From a virus: a stretch of DNA of 64,000 nucleotides. This document shows positions 37,794 through 50,900 of this stretch, piece after piece (the stretch's first letter is position 1; every line of letters starts with the position of its first letter). The stretch lies in the IMG/VR virus record IMGVR_UViG_3300046532_004322, positions 1 through 64,000 of that record. One strand, written 5' to 3'. Position numbers and translations under genes: made by a program. The notes beneath the pieces are model-generated. The model was not told the DNA's origin. It saw only the letters and a list, made by a program, of their open reading frames with translations, and did no database searches.

Positions 37794-39469
37794 TATACTA
37801 TTTCATTAAAATATTGCTTTTCAAAACTTATTGAAATCATATTTCTTTCCTCTACTTTTGATATCTCATCTCTAGTTATTAATCCTTTATCCTTAATTAC
37901 ACCCATTAATGAACACTCAAGCTCTTCGGTTAGCTCGTTGATCGTGTTTCTAATTTTTAATTCCGCAATTACTGCATGATTTGTATTGTCATAAGTTCCA
38001 GAACAAGATATGGATATTAATCCTTTTTTGAATCCAGACCTAGATATGATAAACTTATCCATTCCTCCTCCAGCGTTATGTTTCAAGTTATAGCTTGGAG
38101 AAGGAAATGATACTGAAGAGGTGTGTTCAAAACTAGAAAACCCATCTGGTCTATCAGAAGTTTCGAATAAATAATTATAATGTATCTCCCCTCCCTTTCT
38201 GTTTTCGGTTACAGAATAAGATGACGGAGTGTCCTTTAGTTCGGAACTTGGAATTCTTTCCTCACAAGTCCCAGGGGTAGGAGTCGGAACAGGCTGTGAT
38301 TGATAATATGATCCCAGCTCTGCTTTTGCATTTGAGAAAATATTAGATTTTATATTATTATAAAATTCATTTTCCACAAGGTTAAATCTTTTTGATATAG
38401 GGCCTCTTGAGGAAACTACCCCTGACACCGAAACGCTCATTTTATCAGAAGAGTTTTCTATTGAATAATCAACTTTATTTGATACCCCGCAAGAATTAAA
38501 ATTAAAATCATTATCAAATGCTATGTTGAAATTTATTCTTCCCCCCGCAGGGTCCTCAACTATGTTTTCTGTAATGGGAAAATTAACAAGGCTTTCTCCA
38601 GATTTACTTTCGGCTTCAGATAAAAATCCAAAATTCTTATATCTGCTCCTGACTTTTTCAAAATCTTCTTCTATTCCATACTCTATAGATCCAGCAATTT
38701 CAACTAAAGTAAATTTCCCAAAACTATTACTCGTATTTACTGCGTATCTCATTACTCCAGAATCACTCGACCCCTGTGTTGCATCAGCTATGTATACCTC
38801 TTCTATGGAGTATGAGCTTTTTACCCTATTAATCGACTCGCTTCTTTGAGTTAAGTATATCTTAAGTGATGGGCTCCCTTCTGGTAATAAAACATTTTCC
38901 TTCCCAGACCTACTTTCTACGAAATCTATTGCATTTTGAAGAGCTGAAGAAATCGAAGATGTATTACTTCCAGATAGATTTCCATCCTGCAAGTTTATCC
39001 CTTCTGCTGATATGGATCTTTTTATTGTATATTGTTCGCTTCCGTTTTTTAATGTTGATGTTTCATTAGAAGGATTTATTATTCCATAAAATTCATTATG
39101 AAGCTTCTCGTCAATACATTCTAACTCTATGGAGTAATTTACCTGACCGACATATCTGGAATCGCTAAAGGATATACTTTTTACTTTTGCGAAATCTTTA
39201 TTAAATATCTCAGTTCCAGATTCCTCTATTACAAGGCTCTTGTAGTCCTCGCTGAAGGCGTCTATGATTGAAGTCCTTCTAGCTGTTAAAACCTCAAAAT
39301 CATCACAATTCTCTTCGTCGTTATATATTTGTCCAGATAAAACAATTGACTCACTAACTCCTTTTCTACTCCCCTCGAAAATAACGCTAGAACTCCTAGA
39401 TACAAAAGGGGTGGGCATTCCATTTATCTTGAACGGATCAGATCCATTATATTTTACTAATACAGACAT
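37793..39469 (-). CDS. Distal tail-like protein (paralog of 39471..41864)
   Basis: ESIVLSG...KVKSISF...YSIELE repeats and an internal QPVPTPTPG insert. Confidence 0.55.
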   Translation of the reverse strand: MSVLVKYNGSDPFKINGMPTPFVSRSSSVIFEGSRKGVSESIVLSGQIYNDEENCDDFEVLTARRTSIIDAFSEDYKSLVIEESGTEIFNKDFAKVKSISFSDSRYVGQVNYSIELECIDEKLHNEFYGIINPSNETSTLKNGSEQYTIKRSISAEGINLQDGNLSGSNTSSISSALQNAIDFVESRSGKENVLLPEGSPSLKIYLTQRSESINRVKSSYSIEEVYIADATQGSSDSGVMRYAVNTSNSFGKFTLVEIAGSIEYGIEEDFEKVRSRYKNFGFLSEAESKSGESLVNFPITENIVEDPAGGRINFNIAFDNDFNFNSCGVSNKVDYSIENSSDKMSVSVSGVVSSRGPISKRFNLVENEFYNNIKSNIFSNAKAELGSYYQSQPVPTPTPGTCEERIPSSELKDTPSSYSVTENRKGGEIHYNYLFETSDRPDGFSSFEHTSSVSFPSPSYNLKHNAGGGMDKFIISRSGFKKGLISISCSGTYDNTNHAVIAELKIRNTINELTEELECSLMGVIKDKGLITRDEISKVEERNMISISFEKQYFNEIV

Positions 39470-39470
39470 A

Positions 39471-41864
39471 TTAAACAGGCGTTAAAGTTGAGGTCACGGA
39501 CGGAGAGGTTGTTGGGGTAACTGTTATTGTAGGAGTAATATAAAACTCCCTTTCTAGAGGAGTAGGAGTCTGCGGTATCGGAGTATACGGAATACCACTA
39601 TCAAAATCATAATTTGGTGTTGGTGTTGGAAAGTAAGTAAACTGAGAATCAATACTTGATAAATGCAATCCAAAACCAGGGGTTACCGTTGGTCTAGGAG
39701 CATTCTCACATTCCGATAGGTCTAAAACCGCCCTATTGTATTTCAATGAATTACTTGAATTAGAAAAAGAAAAACTTTCTTCCGTTAAAAAGACCTCAGT
39801 TCCTGAAGGTACTGAAACAAGGGCTGAATTTACACCATGCATTAACCCTTTTTCTTCTAATTTTTCTTTTGTTTTTTCTAGTATTAAAGATATACTCTTT
39901 CCTGCGAACCCTACGGATGATATTGATATTTTTCTCTCCACAGGGACCACCAAGTCTCCCAGTAATTGAGCGACATTAATACATCCTATTTTAAAGTCAT
40001 TAAATTTTTGCAATACCTTGGATTCAGAAACTTCAATCTCAAAAGATTTTATTATTCCGTTGGACATCTCCTCTTGACCATCTTCATTTGAATATACATA
40101 AGAATAATTTATTGCCCCCGCATGCATACTTAAGTTTATTGATTTTTCTTTTTGGTAAAATGTTGTCTTCGTATTTGGATCAAGAGCTATAACATTAAAT
40201 TTTACATCATTTATATTCGATACGATATTTGGCTCTATATCATTTGTGAATGCATTTTTTGCGTTTAAATATCTTTGGCTTATTACATCTCCACCACCCG
40301 TTATGTTTCCCTCTTGTGATATTGTAAAATTTCCACCAGAATGAGATATTTGATACTTTTCTTCATGAAAATAATTTTCACTTTCTTGTTTGGGATGGTC
40401 GGAAAATGCAAAACTTATCTCCGCAGAGCAATCGAAAGAATTTCTAACTATTCTTTTCGATATCGGATTAATTGATAAGGATGCCGTGGATATAGGGGTT
40501 TTTTCAACACCCTCACAACCATATTCAAAACTAGAGGAATAAGATGAATACTTCTCAGCACATCTTGACCTCGTCCCACCTAATAAATTTTCTATTACCT
40601 TATCTAAATTAGAATCACTTTTATTCTGAAGTATTTTTACGAAACAAGATTCTTCAATCGTTATTTCTCCGCTAACATCCATGTTCAATGATGTATTTCT
40701 TTTTACCGAATGATCTTTATCCATTCCTGGCGTAGGAGTAATAAAAGATCCTTCCATCTTATTTATTAGCCTTGCATAAGATATTGATCTTGTCCTTTGG
40801 TAACTAAGGTTGGACTCATTGAAGTTTTCTTCTGTTTCTTGGTTTTCCCAATTTGAAGAGTATTGATATATTCCAGAATGATCTCCTGCCATTAATCCAT
40901 ATACAGGATTGCTATTCATAAATAATGTTGAAATAGTCCTACTTCTTTCGATTGACGTATCTGATTTCTTAAAGAGTTTTATGTTCTTATAAAACGCATT
41001 TTTCCCAGCAGGAGAAAATAATTTGATAGTTATACTTGATGATGAAGTGGTAAACTCTATCTTGTGATGACCTCTTCTTGAGAAATCTTTTTGAACTTCT
41101 GACCCAGAGCCCAAATCTATAACCGCTTTTGACTCGGTTTTGATCGATGGAGATTCATCTATACCCAGGAAATCAAAAGATAATATATAATCTTCACCTA
41201 CATCCAAAGAGCTTTTTGATAGGTTTGAATTTTCCCATTGAGCGGAACCGTCCGCCTGCACCTTTAATGAAGCTTTTGCCCTATTTCCTAAGTTTGCTAA
41301 TTTATTGTTTTGCTTCTGACCATTAGCCCACTGCGCAATATCTTTGGAAATTATACTTTTTGATTCCAAAAACAAACAAGATACGGAGTGATTTATTGAC
41401 ATCTGAGAATTATTGTCTTCCGAAAAATTCATCGATTCATCAAAAGAAGAAAGATATCTCAAGTCCTCCTTTCTGACCAAAGATTGCTTCGATTCGTCAA
41501 ACTCCAAATCATTACCACCTCCTGAAAATTCTATATCAGATAGGTTTTTTTCTTCGTATATCGTTAAGCTTATTTTATATTCAGCAGTCCTTATGAATTC
41601 TCCATCTACTGAAAAGCTTTCTATAAATCCTTCACCAAGGTTTATCCCATTAATAATAACATCTTGATGATCATGCGAAGCGGACTCTAAGAATTCCTCG
41701 GAAGCTTCGATATTGCCTTTTACTCCGTTTGAATTATTTAAATCAAGAAGAAGCCCAGTAACTCCAACTACCTTCTTGTTTTTAAACGTTAATCCATTTT
41801 CGCCAAACTTCTGATTCTCTTGACTATAAGATAATAACGTTGCATCTGAAAAATCTAAAGCCAT
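39471..41864 (-). CDS. Distal tail-like protein with a CBM-like insertion and a C-terminal Thr/Pro tail
   Basis: VGVTG...FIESFSV...YKISLT N-terminus; KASLKV...DYILSF...KIEFT...FYKNIKL resembles a carbohydrate-binding sandwich; ~75-aa TP-rich C-terminus. Confidence 0.55.
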   Translation of the reverse strand: MALDFSDATLLSYSQENQKFGENGLTFKNKKVVGVTGLLLDLNNSNGVKGNIEASEEFLESASHDHQDVIINGINLGEGFIESFSVDGEFIRTAEYKISLTIYEEKNLSDIEFSGGGNDLEFDESKQSLVRKEDLRYLSSFDESMNFSEDNNSQMSINHSVSCLFLESKSIISKDIAQWANGQKQNNKLANLGNRAKASLKVQADGSAQWENSNLSKSSLDVGEDYILSFDFLGIDESPSIKTESKAVIDLGSGSEVQKDFSRRGHHKIEFTTSSSSITIKLFSPAGKNAFYKNIKLFKKSDTSIERSRTISTLFMNSNPVYGLMAGDHSGIYQYSSNWENQETEENFNESNLSYQRTRSISYARLINKMEGSFITPTPGMDKDHSVKRNTSLNMDVSGEITIEESCFVKILQNKSDSNLDKVIENLLGGTRSRCAEKYSSYSSSFEYGCEGVEKTPISTASLSINPISKRIVRNSFDCSAEISFAFSDHPKQESENYFHEEKYQISHSGGNFTISQEGNITGGGDVISQRYLNAKNAFTNDIEPNIVSNINDVKFNVIALDPNTKTTFYQKEKSINLSMHAGAINYSYVYSNEDGQEEMSNGIIKSFEIEVSESKVLQKFNDFKIGCINVAQLLGDLVVPVERKISISSVGFAGKSISLILEKTKEKLEEKGLMHGVNSALVSVPSGTEVFLTEESFSFSNSSNSLKYNRAVLDLSECENAPRPTVTPGFGLHLSSIDSQFTYFPTPTPNYDFDSGIPYTPIPQTPTPLEREFYITPTITVTPTTSPSVTSTLTPV

Positions 41865-41902
41865 AATATATTATTATAATAAAAACATTCAAAAAATAAA
41901 GC

Positions 41903-44900
41903 TTAATTTATTTGATCAGGCCTTATATTAAGCCTTCCTTCAAGCGCCCTAGCCATAACTTCACTTATAATTGGATCGAGGAGCATATTTTTTAATTGAT
42001 CGAACATTACTGGACCTAAAGCCTGAGAGAACATTTCGGTATTGAAATCCAATGTAACATTTCCAGTTATTCCATGGTTAAAAATTACAGACTCCAATTC
42101 GTTCTTCATTGCCTTAGGTAATTCATTTATTGATTCAGAGACCTTATTGACCCCTTCTGTTGCCGCTTGATCTATTTGATTTACCTTTCCATCTTTTCCT
42201 ACTTCATGAATAGTATGGTCCGCCCCAGGAGTGGACGCAATATACGGGCTCGGCGGCATGACATTTTCTTGAGTATCGTGAATAAACGGACCGCCCTGAA
42301 CTGGACTCCGAAGAGACCCGCCCCACGATGTTGCTCTTCGAGAGCCTGAATTTGAAACAGGGGAGAACGTCGGCATCGTGGGGGCGGTGACGGAGGGTTG
42401 ATTGATTGCCTGGGTTCCTTTGTCGAACCAAGCCTTCCAGCTCTCCTTCATTTTCTCGATCTCAAGTACAAACCCCTTCTCATCTTTTGCCCACTGGGGT
42501 ATATTTAATTGCCCGTAACCACTGACGTCAACATCCGCTTGTTTTAAGAAATCGCGCTGTTCGGGCTTTAACATCTGCGTAACTCCATCGTTATCCCCCG
42601 CTTTTCTAACCATTTTGTCTTGTAATATCGAATCGATTTGAACATTCTCGATATTGTCATAACTTTTTAATAAAGCTTCGATATTGTCTTTCAAAATTCC
42701 AAAGTTGTCTTGTTGGGAAGCTTGTCGTTGCCCGTAACCAGGTGCAAGGTGGGGCGAGTCGGTGCCAAGAACGGGGGGCATATCCCCTATGCCCATATTT
42801 TCGAATTTAGTTGCCTCTATGGGCCAAAGACCAGCCGAAGGGGCATTACCTTTATTCTTTAGTTTCGTAAAATGAGGCAGACTTGCCACCCGATTTTGTT
42901 GCTCTCTGATTATTTTTGTAGCCAATTTTATCGTATCATTCTTTGGTGTCAATGTCGAAAGCCAACGCGGGTCCTCTCCCTTGTCTGCAAGGTTCTGCGT
43001 CCGCCAGTTCGGCTTTGATTTTAGGAGTTCTAGTTTTCTTGCTAAATTTGAAACTAAATCATTGGTGAGTATGTCACCGTTAGCGTCCTTCGCCTCTTCA
43101 CTCAATGCAGCCAGAAAATGCAGGTTTTTTGTTTGCGCAGGTAGTTTCTCTAGATCCGTCCCTGCTTTATTAAGCGGGTCGTCACTCCCTGCAAACTGAC
43201 TTATTGGACCTGCTTTAGGATCGCCCAAGTGCCATTTTGTCACTTGCTTGCGATTACGCTTCCAATAGGGGTCCCTTACCTCCTGAAACCCCGTTTGCCC
43301 GCTTTTCCCTCTTACACCTGAAACCTTAACTGGGGCAAAAACTGTCGGTGTCTCGCGTTTTTTCTTAGCCTCAGCCGCACTAGCAGCTCTATCGCCTGCA
43401 GAGTCGGTCTTCTCGCCCAAATCTTGTTTTACCGAATCTCCTAACATGGAACTTATTGAATTCGCTATTCCAGTAGCTATTCCACTTTGAGAAGTCGTGC
43501 TTATATTTATCCCGCTATTACTAGCTAATTTGAAAAGACTTTCAGTATTATCGGCAATACTAAGAGTGGATGCTAGCATTTTTCCATTATCAGACAAAGA
43601 ATCAGAAAGTTCGCCTCCATATCCAATATTATTAAACTGACTCTTCTGCATCTGATCTACCGAGTCTATATTGGCAAACGCAACTTTTTTTCTTTTTTCG
43701 AGAAAGTCGATAAGCGGATCTCCATCAGGTCCGATGTCCTTATCCATCTTTTCTATATTTCTATTAATCTTAGCTTTTCTCTGATCCAGTCCAGTCCTCC
43801 CAGTCAATCCCGATAAATTTATTCCTAACGATTCCTCAAGAAAAGCTTGAGATTGCGAATTAATTGCTTCGTTCTCTTTTTCCGAAACGGTCCTACCTAA
43901 TCCTTTAACAAATTTAGATCTTTCTCCCTTGCGATTCAATCCCCCAGTTCTTATCGCATCGTTTAACTTCGTCGTATCATTAGTGCCTAAAATAGAACTT
44001 CCCATTTTGTTGATAAATTTGGCATCCAATTCCAGCATTTTATTTCTATTTTCTGATTTTAATTGATTTAATTGGGCGGAAAATACTGCACCGTTTCTCA
44101 GTTCTATATTTCTCATGTCAGTCTGTATCCTGTTGGAATATTCATTACTACTATTAAGAGTTTCAAGAAATCCCTTTATTTCTACTAGTGTAACGTTACC
44201 ATCTGCATTTTGCTTCATGAAATCAGTGAATTTATTTGTAAATTCTTCGCGCTCAGGACGCTCTTTCTTTTCGTTTTCTTTTTTCTCTCTTTCTAAAAAT
44301 GTCCCTTCATCCTTCTCTGCACTCAATCCTTTATCCTTAAGTATTTGATTCATGTCAATTAATGAATTTGGATCGGCGCCCTTAAGTAATCTTTCCATCA
44401 TTGAGCTTCTGAGTTCTTGATTATTTGAATCTCTAGCTATAATATTTTGAAGAGTATTTGATCTTGATACCTTTTCTCTTTCAGTTATAGCACCAACAGA
44501 GGATAATATATTATTTTTTCCTGAAAAATCCCGTTCTATGGTATCCCTATTTATCGACCTTACTCGTTCAACGGTTTCCCTATTTTTATTAAAATCTTCA
44601 ATAGCAAAATTTAACAACCTGACTTCTTTAATTAAAGATTTTAACTCATCTTCAATATTCTTTACTTTTGTCGCGTTTTTAGAGTTTGAATCAGCGTTGC
44701 TATCCAAGCTTTCTATTAATTTTTCCTGAGTTTGTATTTGTTCCTTCATCATTAACAAATTCTCTTTGGAAAGATTGTTTTCTGAAGGATCTATTATCCC
44801 CTCAACTATTTTATCAGCGGCAGCACTCTGCCCTCCATCTCTCAAAGCCTTTATGAAACTACTATTATTAAGTTTGTCTTTAGCATTCTTCTCCTCAAGA

Positions 44901-47900
44901 TCACTTAAGTGGCCTTTCATAATACTGGCATTTTCCAAATCATCTTTGTCTCCATATAGCAACTTATTTTGATCGACACCTTTTCCGAATCTATTTCCTC
45001 GAATAGATCCCCTTAATATATCAAGCCTAGCTTCCTCCAAATTGCCAAAATCTTTCTGCATACTTGTCAAGGTCTCTCTTGCCGACTCTACTGCCGCCTG
45101 ATCTTGAAAATCCTTACTAAACTCATCAAATGTTTGATCAAAACTTCCACCAGTTCGTGCTGCTAATACTTTCTTCCTATCAAATTCTTCTTGAGTTATC
45201 TCAGCTACGCTTTTTGTATTGGCTTGTTTGAAATTTGCTTTTAATTTCGAAGCAAAGTCTTTTGATTCCGATTCGTCCCATCTTGCACTGTCTAATTTTG
45301 CAGTCATGCCTCCCGCCCCAAACCAACTCGTCGGATCCATCCCCTCAGTCACTCCCGCCCCACTTCTCCATTGTGAAACCGCCGAAGATAAGCCAGCCGA
45401 GGGAAGAAATAGACCATAATCCACAAGCATCTCCCCTGCGGACGACATTACACTTTTTTCCCTTTCTATTCCCGCCGATACGGCAGTTCCTATTTCCAGT
45501 GCATTCTTAGCGTTCTTGGCATTATTTTCAGCATCTTTAAGTACTCCTGATAAAGCCTCTATTTGATCCGAGAAGCTCATTGTTCCATTGGTTATACTAT
45601 TTAATTTGTCAATTACGGAAGGATCAACAATTGAAGCTATTGATTCACTCATGAGCTTTTGACCTTCTTTTATTTTTGTAATATCTCCAGATTTAAATGC
45701 ATCATTTAATCCTTGCACTCCTTCCCTGTATTTAATCATGGCTTGGAGGTCTTTTAATTTTTCGTCTAATTTATCTTTTCCTTTTGAAAGGTCTTCCCCT
45801 ATATCAGATAAAGCTTTGTTGTCTTTCCAATTCATCGCCGAATCCGCAGCTCCGTATGCCGCGCCACCAAGAGCACCAAAAGCCATTCCTGGCGTCCCAA
45901 GCATTGCTCCAAATCCAGCGCCCATCAGAGCACTTGAACCCATATTCTTAACAGCTCCTCCGAGACTCCCTCTGCCTTTCGCTGTTTGTCCAGCGTCAAT
46001 TTGTTGTGAAATCATAGGCCCCATAAACATAGCTGCCATAGTCATTTGCGACATGCTCGCGTCCGTTTTCGCTTTTTGTTTCTCCCATTTGTCCCTTCTT
46101 TTTGCGAATTTATTTTTCGATTCGGAATATTTTTTACCGCGACTCGCTGGTATCGTCCGACCACCTGGCAGCTTACGACTTGGTCTATAGTTAGGGTTAA
46201 TATTCCTTGTGGGTTGCGAGCCAGGCCTTAAGCCTTTAAGGAAACCCATTCCAAACCTAAAATTAGGAACAAAACCTTCACTCATACCATGAGCTTTAGG
46301 ATCTATTCCCATTGCCATTGATCTATTTATTCCCTGACCCAAACCAAACCTTTCATCCACCCTATTTGTTATCGCAAAACCTCCAGGATTAAGCCTATGA
46401 TCTACAAGCTTCGGACTTCTTTCCATCCTTATCGCGCTAGAAGGAATACCCCTTTTCCTTAGGGCGGACTTTTCTCTATTATATGCATTTTCCAATGGAT
46501 TTGAAAAGCTTGGAATATATCCTCCAGAGAAAAACCCTTGAAAGATATCGTCCATTTTATCTAAATGGAGTTTCTCGGAAATTTTTTGTAGTTTTTGCGA
46601 TTTATCTACAGCCCAAACGAAACCAGCTTCGTCCACTCGCCTATTTGCCGCCTTACGCTTCCTAGTGCCACTTAAAAAACCATCTTTATTAAATCTTCTA
46701 AACTTTCTTCCTGGACGGGCAAAATTCGGAACAAAACCTCCAGCTGCTCCACCTTTTAATTTTGACGCATGACGGAGTATTTTAAGCTTTTGTTGCGTAT
46801 TGCCTATGTTATCCATTGATCTTGCCATATAATCATTTTGATCTTGAAATTTTTTGGGATTGTTCCTGAGTATTAATGCTTGATCTTGTAATAATTTTGC
46901 AATTTCTTTTTCTCCTATCTCACCCCTTCTAATACCATCTATGTAGGATTGTGTAAGATTGTTTTTTCCAGGATGAGGACTTCCCGCTCCAGGATGGCGA
47001 TTCCCTCCCCCTCTGGCAAAGTTGGGAATAAAACCACCAGCTCTACCTCGACGGGGAGTACTTGATTTTTTTTTATGCCCATATGGGTTAGCTTTTATTT
47101 CAGCAGCTCTCTTAAGAGCTTTCATCGCATCATCTATAAAACTACTGGTGTAAGGAGTAACGCCTCCTCGCTTCTGCCTTCCTATTCCTCGCCTGCGTTC
47201 TTTCTTAGCTTTTTCAAGAATCTCGGCTTCAGATAAATCTGGAAATTTCGCTCGCAAATCTTTTAAAGCATCAACTCCTGCTTTATGCCCTGAATCTACA
47301 GGCATTGGTCGATCCGAGCGTCTATAAATATGACTTTTATCACTAAGACCTTTCTCCCTAAGACCTTTCGTGATTTCCGCGTCAGACATTCTTGGGTTTA
47401 CCGCCTTTTTTATCTCAAACGCCCTTTTAAAATCTCTTGATTCCTGATTGTTTTCAAATTTTCGTTCGTTAGAGTAAACCATAACTCCGCTCCCTGTTTG
47501 AAAAATTTTATCTTGATATTTATGCCTTTCAGGCTGTCCATAATAATTCTTGCCCTTCCCTTTATCAAAAACAGTATCCCATTCTTTCATCCCCTTGTTG
47601 AATTTTACCCTTTGCTCAGCTTTTTTCTTGTCGCGAACAAACTTCTTTTGTCTCTTTAAATATTTTTTGTGGGTTTTTTTGACTCTCTTTTGAAATTCCG
47701 CATTTCGTTTACTTATATGCTTACTCATGAAATACGCCATAATAGCAGCAGGAGGAAGACTCATAGCTGCCCCACCAAGTATTCCTCCAGCTGTAGATAA
47801 AGCACTTCCTCCAGCGACCATTTTCAAAAAAGCACCGAATCCTAATTTTGACCCAACAGCTCCTCCTACTCCGACCCCTGTTCCAACCCCTGTTCCAACT

Positions 47901-50900
47901 CCAACCCCTGTTCCAACCCCTGTTCCAACTCCTACCCCTGTTCCAACCCCTGTTCCAACTCCTACCCCTGTCCCAATTAATGAAGCTAAATACTTCCCGC
48001 CCAAAACCCCTCCTCCAAATAATCCCGCTCCAATACCTGTAAGGGCTAATCCTTTTCCTTTCCCTTTCATCATTGACTTCATAAACGCAGCTCCACTTGA
48101 CCCCCATTCACCTGCGTGACTGCCAGCCATACGCAAGTTCTGCATCCCGCTTGATCCAGCTTCACCCGCCATCTGACCCATAAATCCCAGACCTTTCATC
48201 CCAAGCTTGCCAGTATCTTCAGCTCTTCTCATTCCCCAATTGAGACTCCTTGATCCTAAGTCTCCCATTCTATTCCAAATTGTTTTTTTCGACCCCTGCC
48301 TAAGCTTGCTTTTCCTTACCTCCTTCATCCTTCTCTTTTGCAACTCGTTCATAGCTTTTTCGCTACCACCAGAACTCTTGTCGCCTTTAGTATCATAGCC
48401 TGGTATGATTTTTCCAAATATACTTTTGGCATTCAAATTTGAAAAACTACCAATTCCCTTAATTTTATCAGATAACCAGCTATTAAATTTATCCTTAATC
48501 CCAACCTTTCCCTTATTCTTTTCACGATAACCCGATAATTGATCCTTCGTATTCATGAAAGCCAATTGTAACTGAGTTATTAATCCTGGTTTTCCAGGTT
48601 TTCTTCTAGAATCCCCTTCTGATTTGCGACCAAAAAGATTACTATCTATTTCAAATGGCGGAGTTAGCTTAAACATATTTTTTAAACTTTCCCATTTCTC
48701 CTTTCGCCTTTTCGACCTATCTCTCCCCCTTCTTTTCCTTTTGAGTCTTGCAGCCTCAAGATTCCTTCCTTTATTCCTTTTGTGTCGAGCCTTTTCCTCC
48801 AAACGTTCTTCTTCAATCATTGTAGACATCTTGGATGTTGAGGTATCGTATATTTGATCTGCACCATAAGCGTCAAATATATATCTAGCTTGATTAGCTC
48901 CCGCCTTAATACCCCTCATTACTCCGCCCCCAACCGTTTTTCCTCCATGATAAATATCAGAAAGAACATTTGCACCTCCAGAAATTAACTTTCCAGCAGA
49001 GTCCATAAATACGTGTTTTCCAGCCTTGGCTCTTCCTGCGATTTTCTTATTATCTTTTTCTTTCTTCGCTAAATGATCCCTACGTTTGATATCTTCTGGG
49101 TTTAAAGGAGACTGGTATTTGTAATTTGCCTTGTTTAACCGCCTTAGTTCAGCAAGTTCCTTATTCGCTCTGTTTGCTATATTTTTTTGGTGCTGAATCC
49201 TTTCTTTTTTCTTTTCTTGAGATGTTTTTCTTTCTTCTGGAGTCATCGAATGCCAGTTATACAATCTAGCCAGCTTTCCACCCCTCGTTTCTTTTCCATC
49301 TTTCCCTCCATACCCCATAATCTTGAAAAATCTTTCTCCCAATGATAGTTTTCCCCTTTGAGCCTCATTGGCTAAGGTCGTCGCATCTTGAGCGCCCCTC
49401 TTCCCACTGAAAGCTCTCGCATTTGGCCCTTGAGCGACATGGCTCACCATCAAGCCTTTCACTAATTCATCTATGCCTATATTTTGCGCCCCAGTTATTC
49501 CGCCTTTTAGTAAATTATCAAACCCGCTTCTCGTAATTTGCGGAATTCCGTGTTTTAAATCCTTTTTTCCCCAATTTATAAAATCAAATAATCCAGCAGG
49601 CGTTCTTGTTTTGAAATCAGCATTATTCGAATTCCCAGAACCAATAAGTCTCTTGGACATTCCTAATACCTCATTTTTCATAGCCATTTTTTGAGGATCT
49701 ATAAAAACGTTCCCAAAAAGACCCCTGATCTTTCCAGATAGTCCTTCATTATATAAGGAAATGGATTTTATTCTATCGTTTAGTCGATCCAGCATTTTTC
49801 CCTGCAAGTCTTTATTGTTTGAAATTCCTAGCTGAATATGCTTATTGTTTGAAGGATTAGGTATTGCATTTCGCATTCCTGGCGAGCCAGGGGCATTTTC
49901 TACTGGACCCAAAAATCTTACCGATCCCTTTTTATTATCTATGTCCACTTGAATATCTTTACTTCTCAAGTCATTAATAAATCCCTCCGTCCCTTTTCCT
50001 CCACGAAGAATTTCTTTTTCTAATAAATCATCAATAAATCCATACCCGCTCGCTTGCGTTCCCCCGCTTGTTTTTCCGCCTGCAAAATTTGGTATATATC
50101 CTGACGCACCATTATAATTATATCTGGCGTCTTCTTTATATGCGGACGCCCAAGGGTCGATTTTTGAAGAATTTGATGAAACCTTAGACTCTAAAGAAGC
50201 GACTCTTGACTCCAGGCTTGATACCCTTGCGGTATTCCCCGCCGATGAAACCACTCCAACCCGTCCTGCGAACCCAGCTGTTTTAATATTTGAATCTAAA
50301 TTAATTGGCGATTTAGTTCTGGAATTTAAGCGTGGATTATAATACCAATTATCCCCCGCTCTTTGATAAACTGGTTGTGCTATTCCACCCACTACCCTAG
50401 TTGTTCTTGCCCCTCTTTGCTCTTGAACCTTCATGCTTTGAGCTTTCCTATAAGCCCTTGTACCCTTTCCTCCACTCTTCCGTGTCGGACCCTTTCCTTT
50501 CCGCCTCCAATGCATCGCACCTTTTGCAAAATTAGGAACGAACCCGTCGTCCATATTTGGAATAAATCCTTCGCTCATGTTTGCAATAGCTTTATCCGTA
50601 TGACCTAATTGCTTAAGTCTTGATGTTGCGGAAGTCCACCCATGCAGCGAACCCATTCCTGCTCTTGTTCGTTTAAAGCCAGCTTTAATATGCCCTTTTT
50701 CTAGTTCGGCTCGATCTTCCGCCCCCGATTCTATCCGTTTGTTTGCGTTATGTACAAGATTACTCTTGCCCTTCTCTCCAGTTTTATTATATAGAGTGAA
50801 TATTTTTTTCACCATACTAGCTCTTGAATCCTTATTGTCCGATATTTTTGCATCTGCAAATGTAGTATTATATCCGAACAAATCTCGCAGGCTTTTTCCT

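Noticed and set aside
47727-48119. Plus-strand ORF encoding PTPTPVPTPV, resembling the TP tags
   Set aside because: It is the antisense shadow of the GVGT repeat in the TMP, with no promoter or other support for independent expression.
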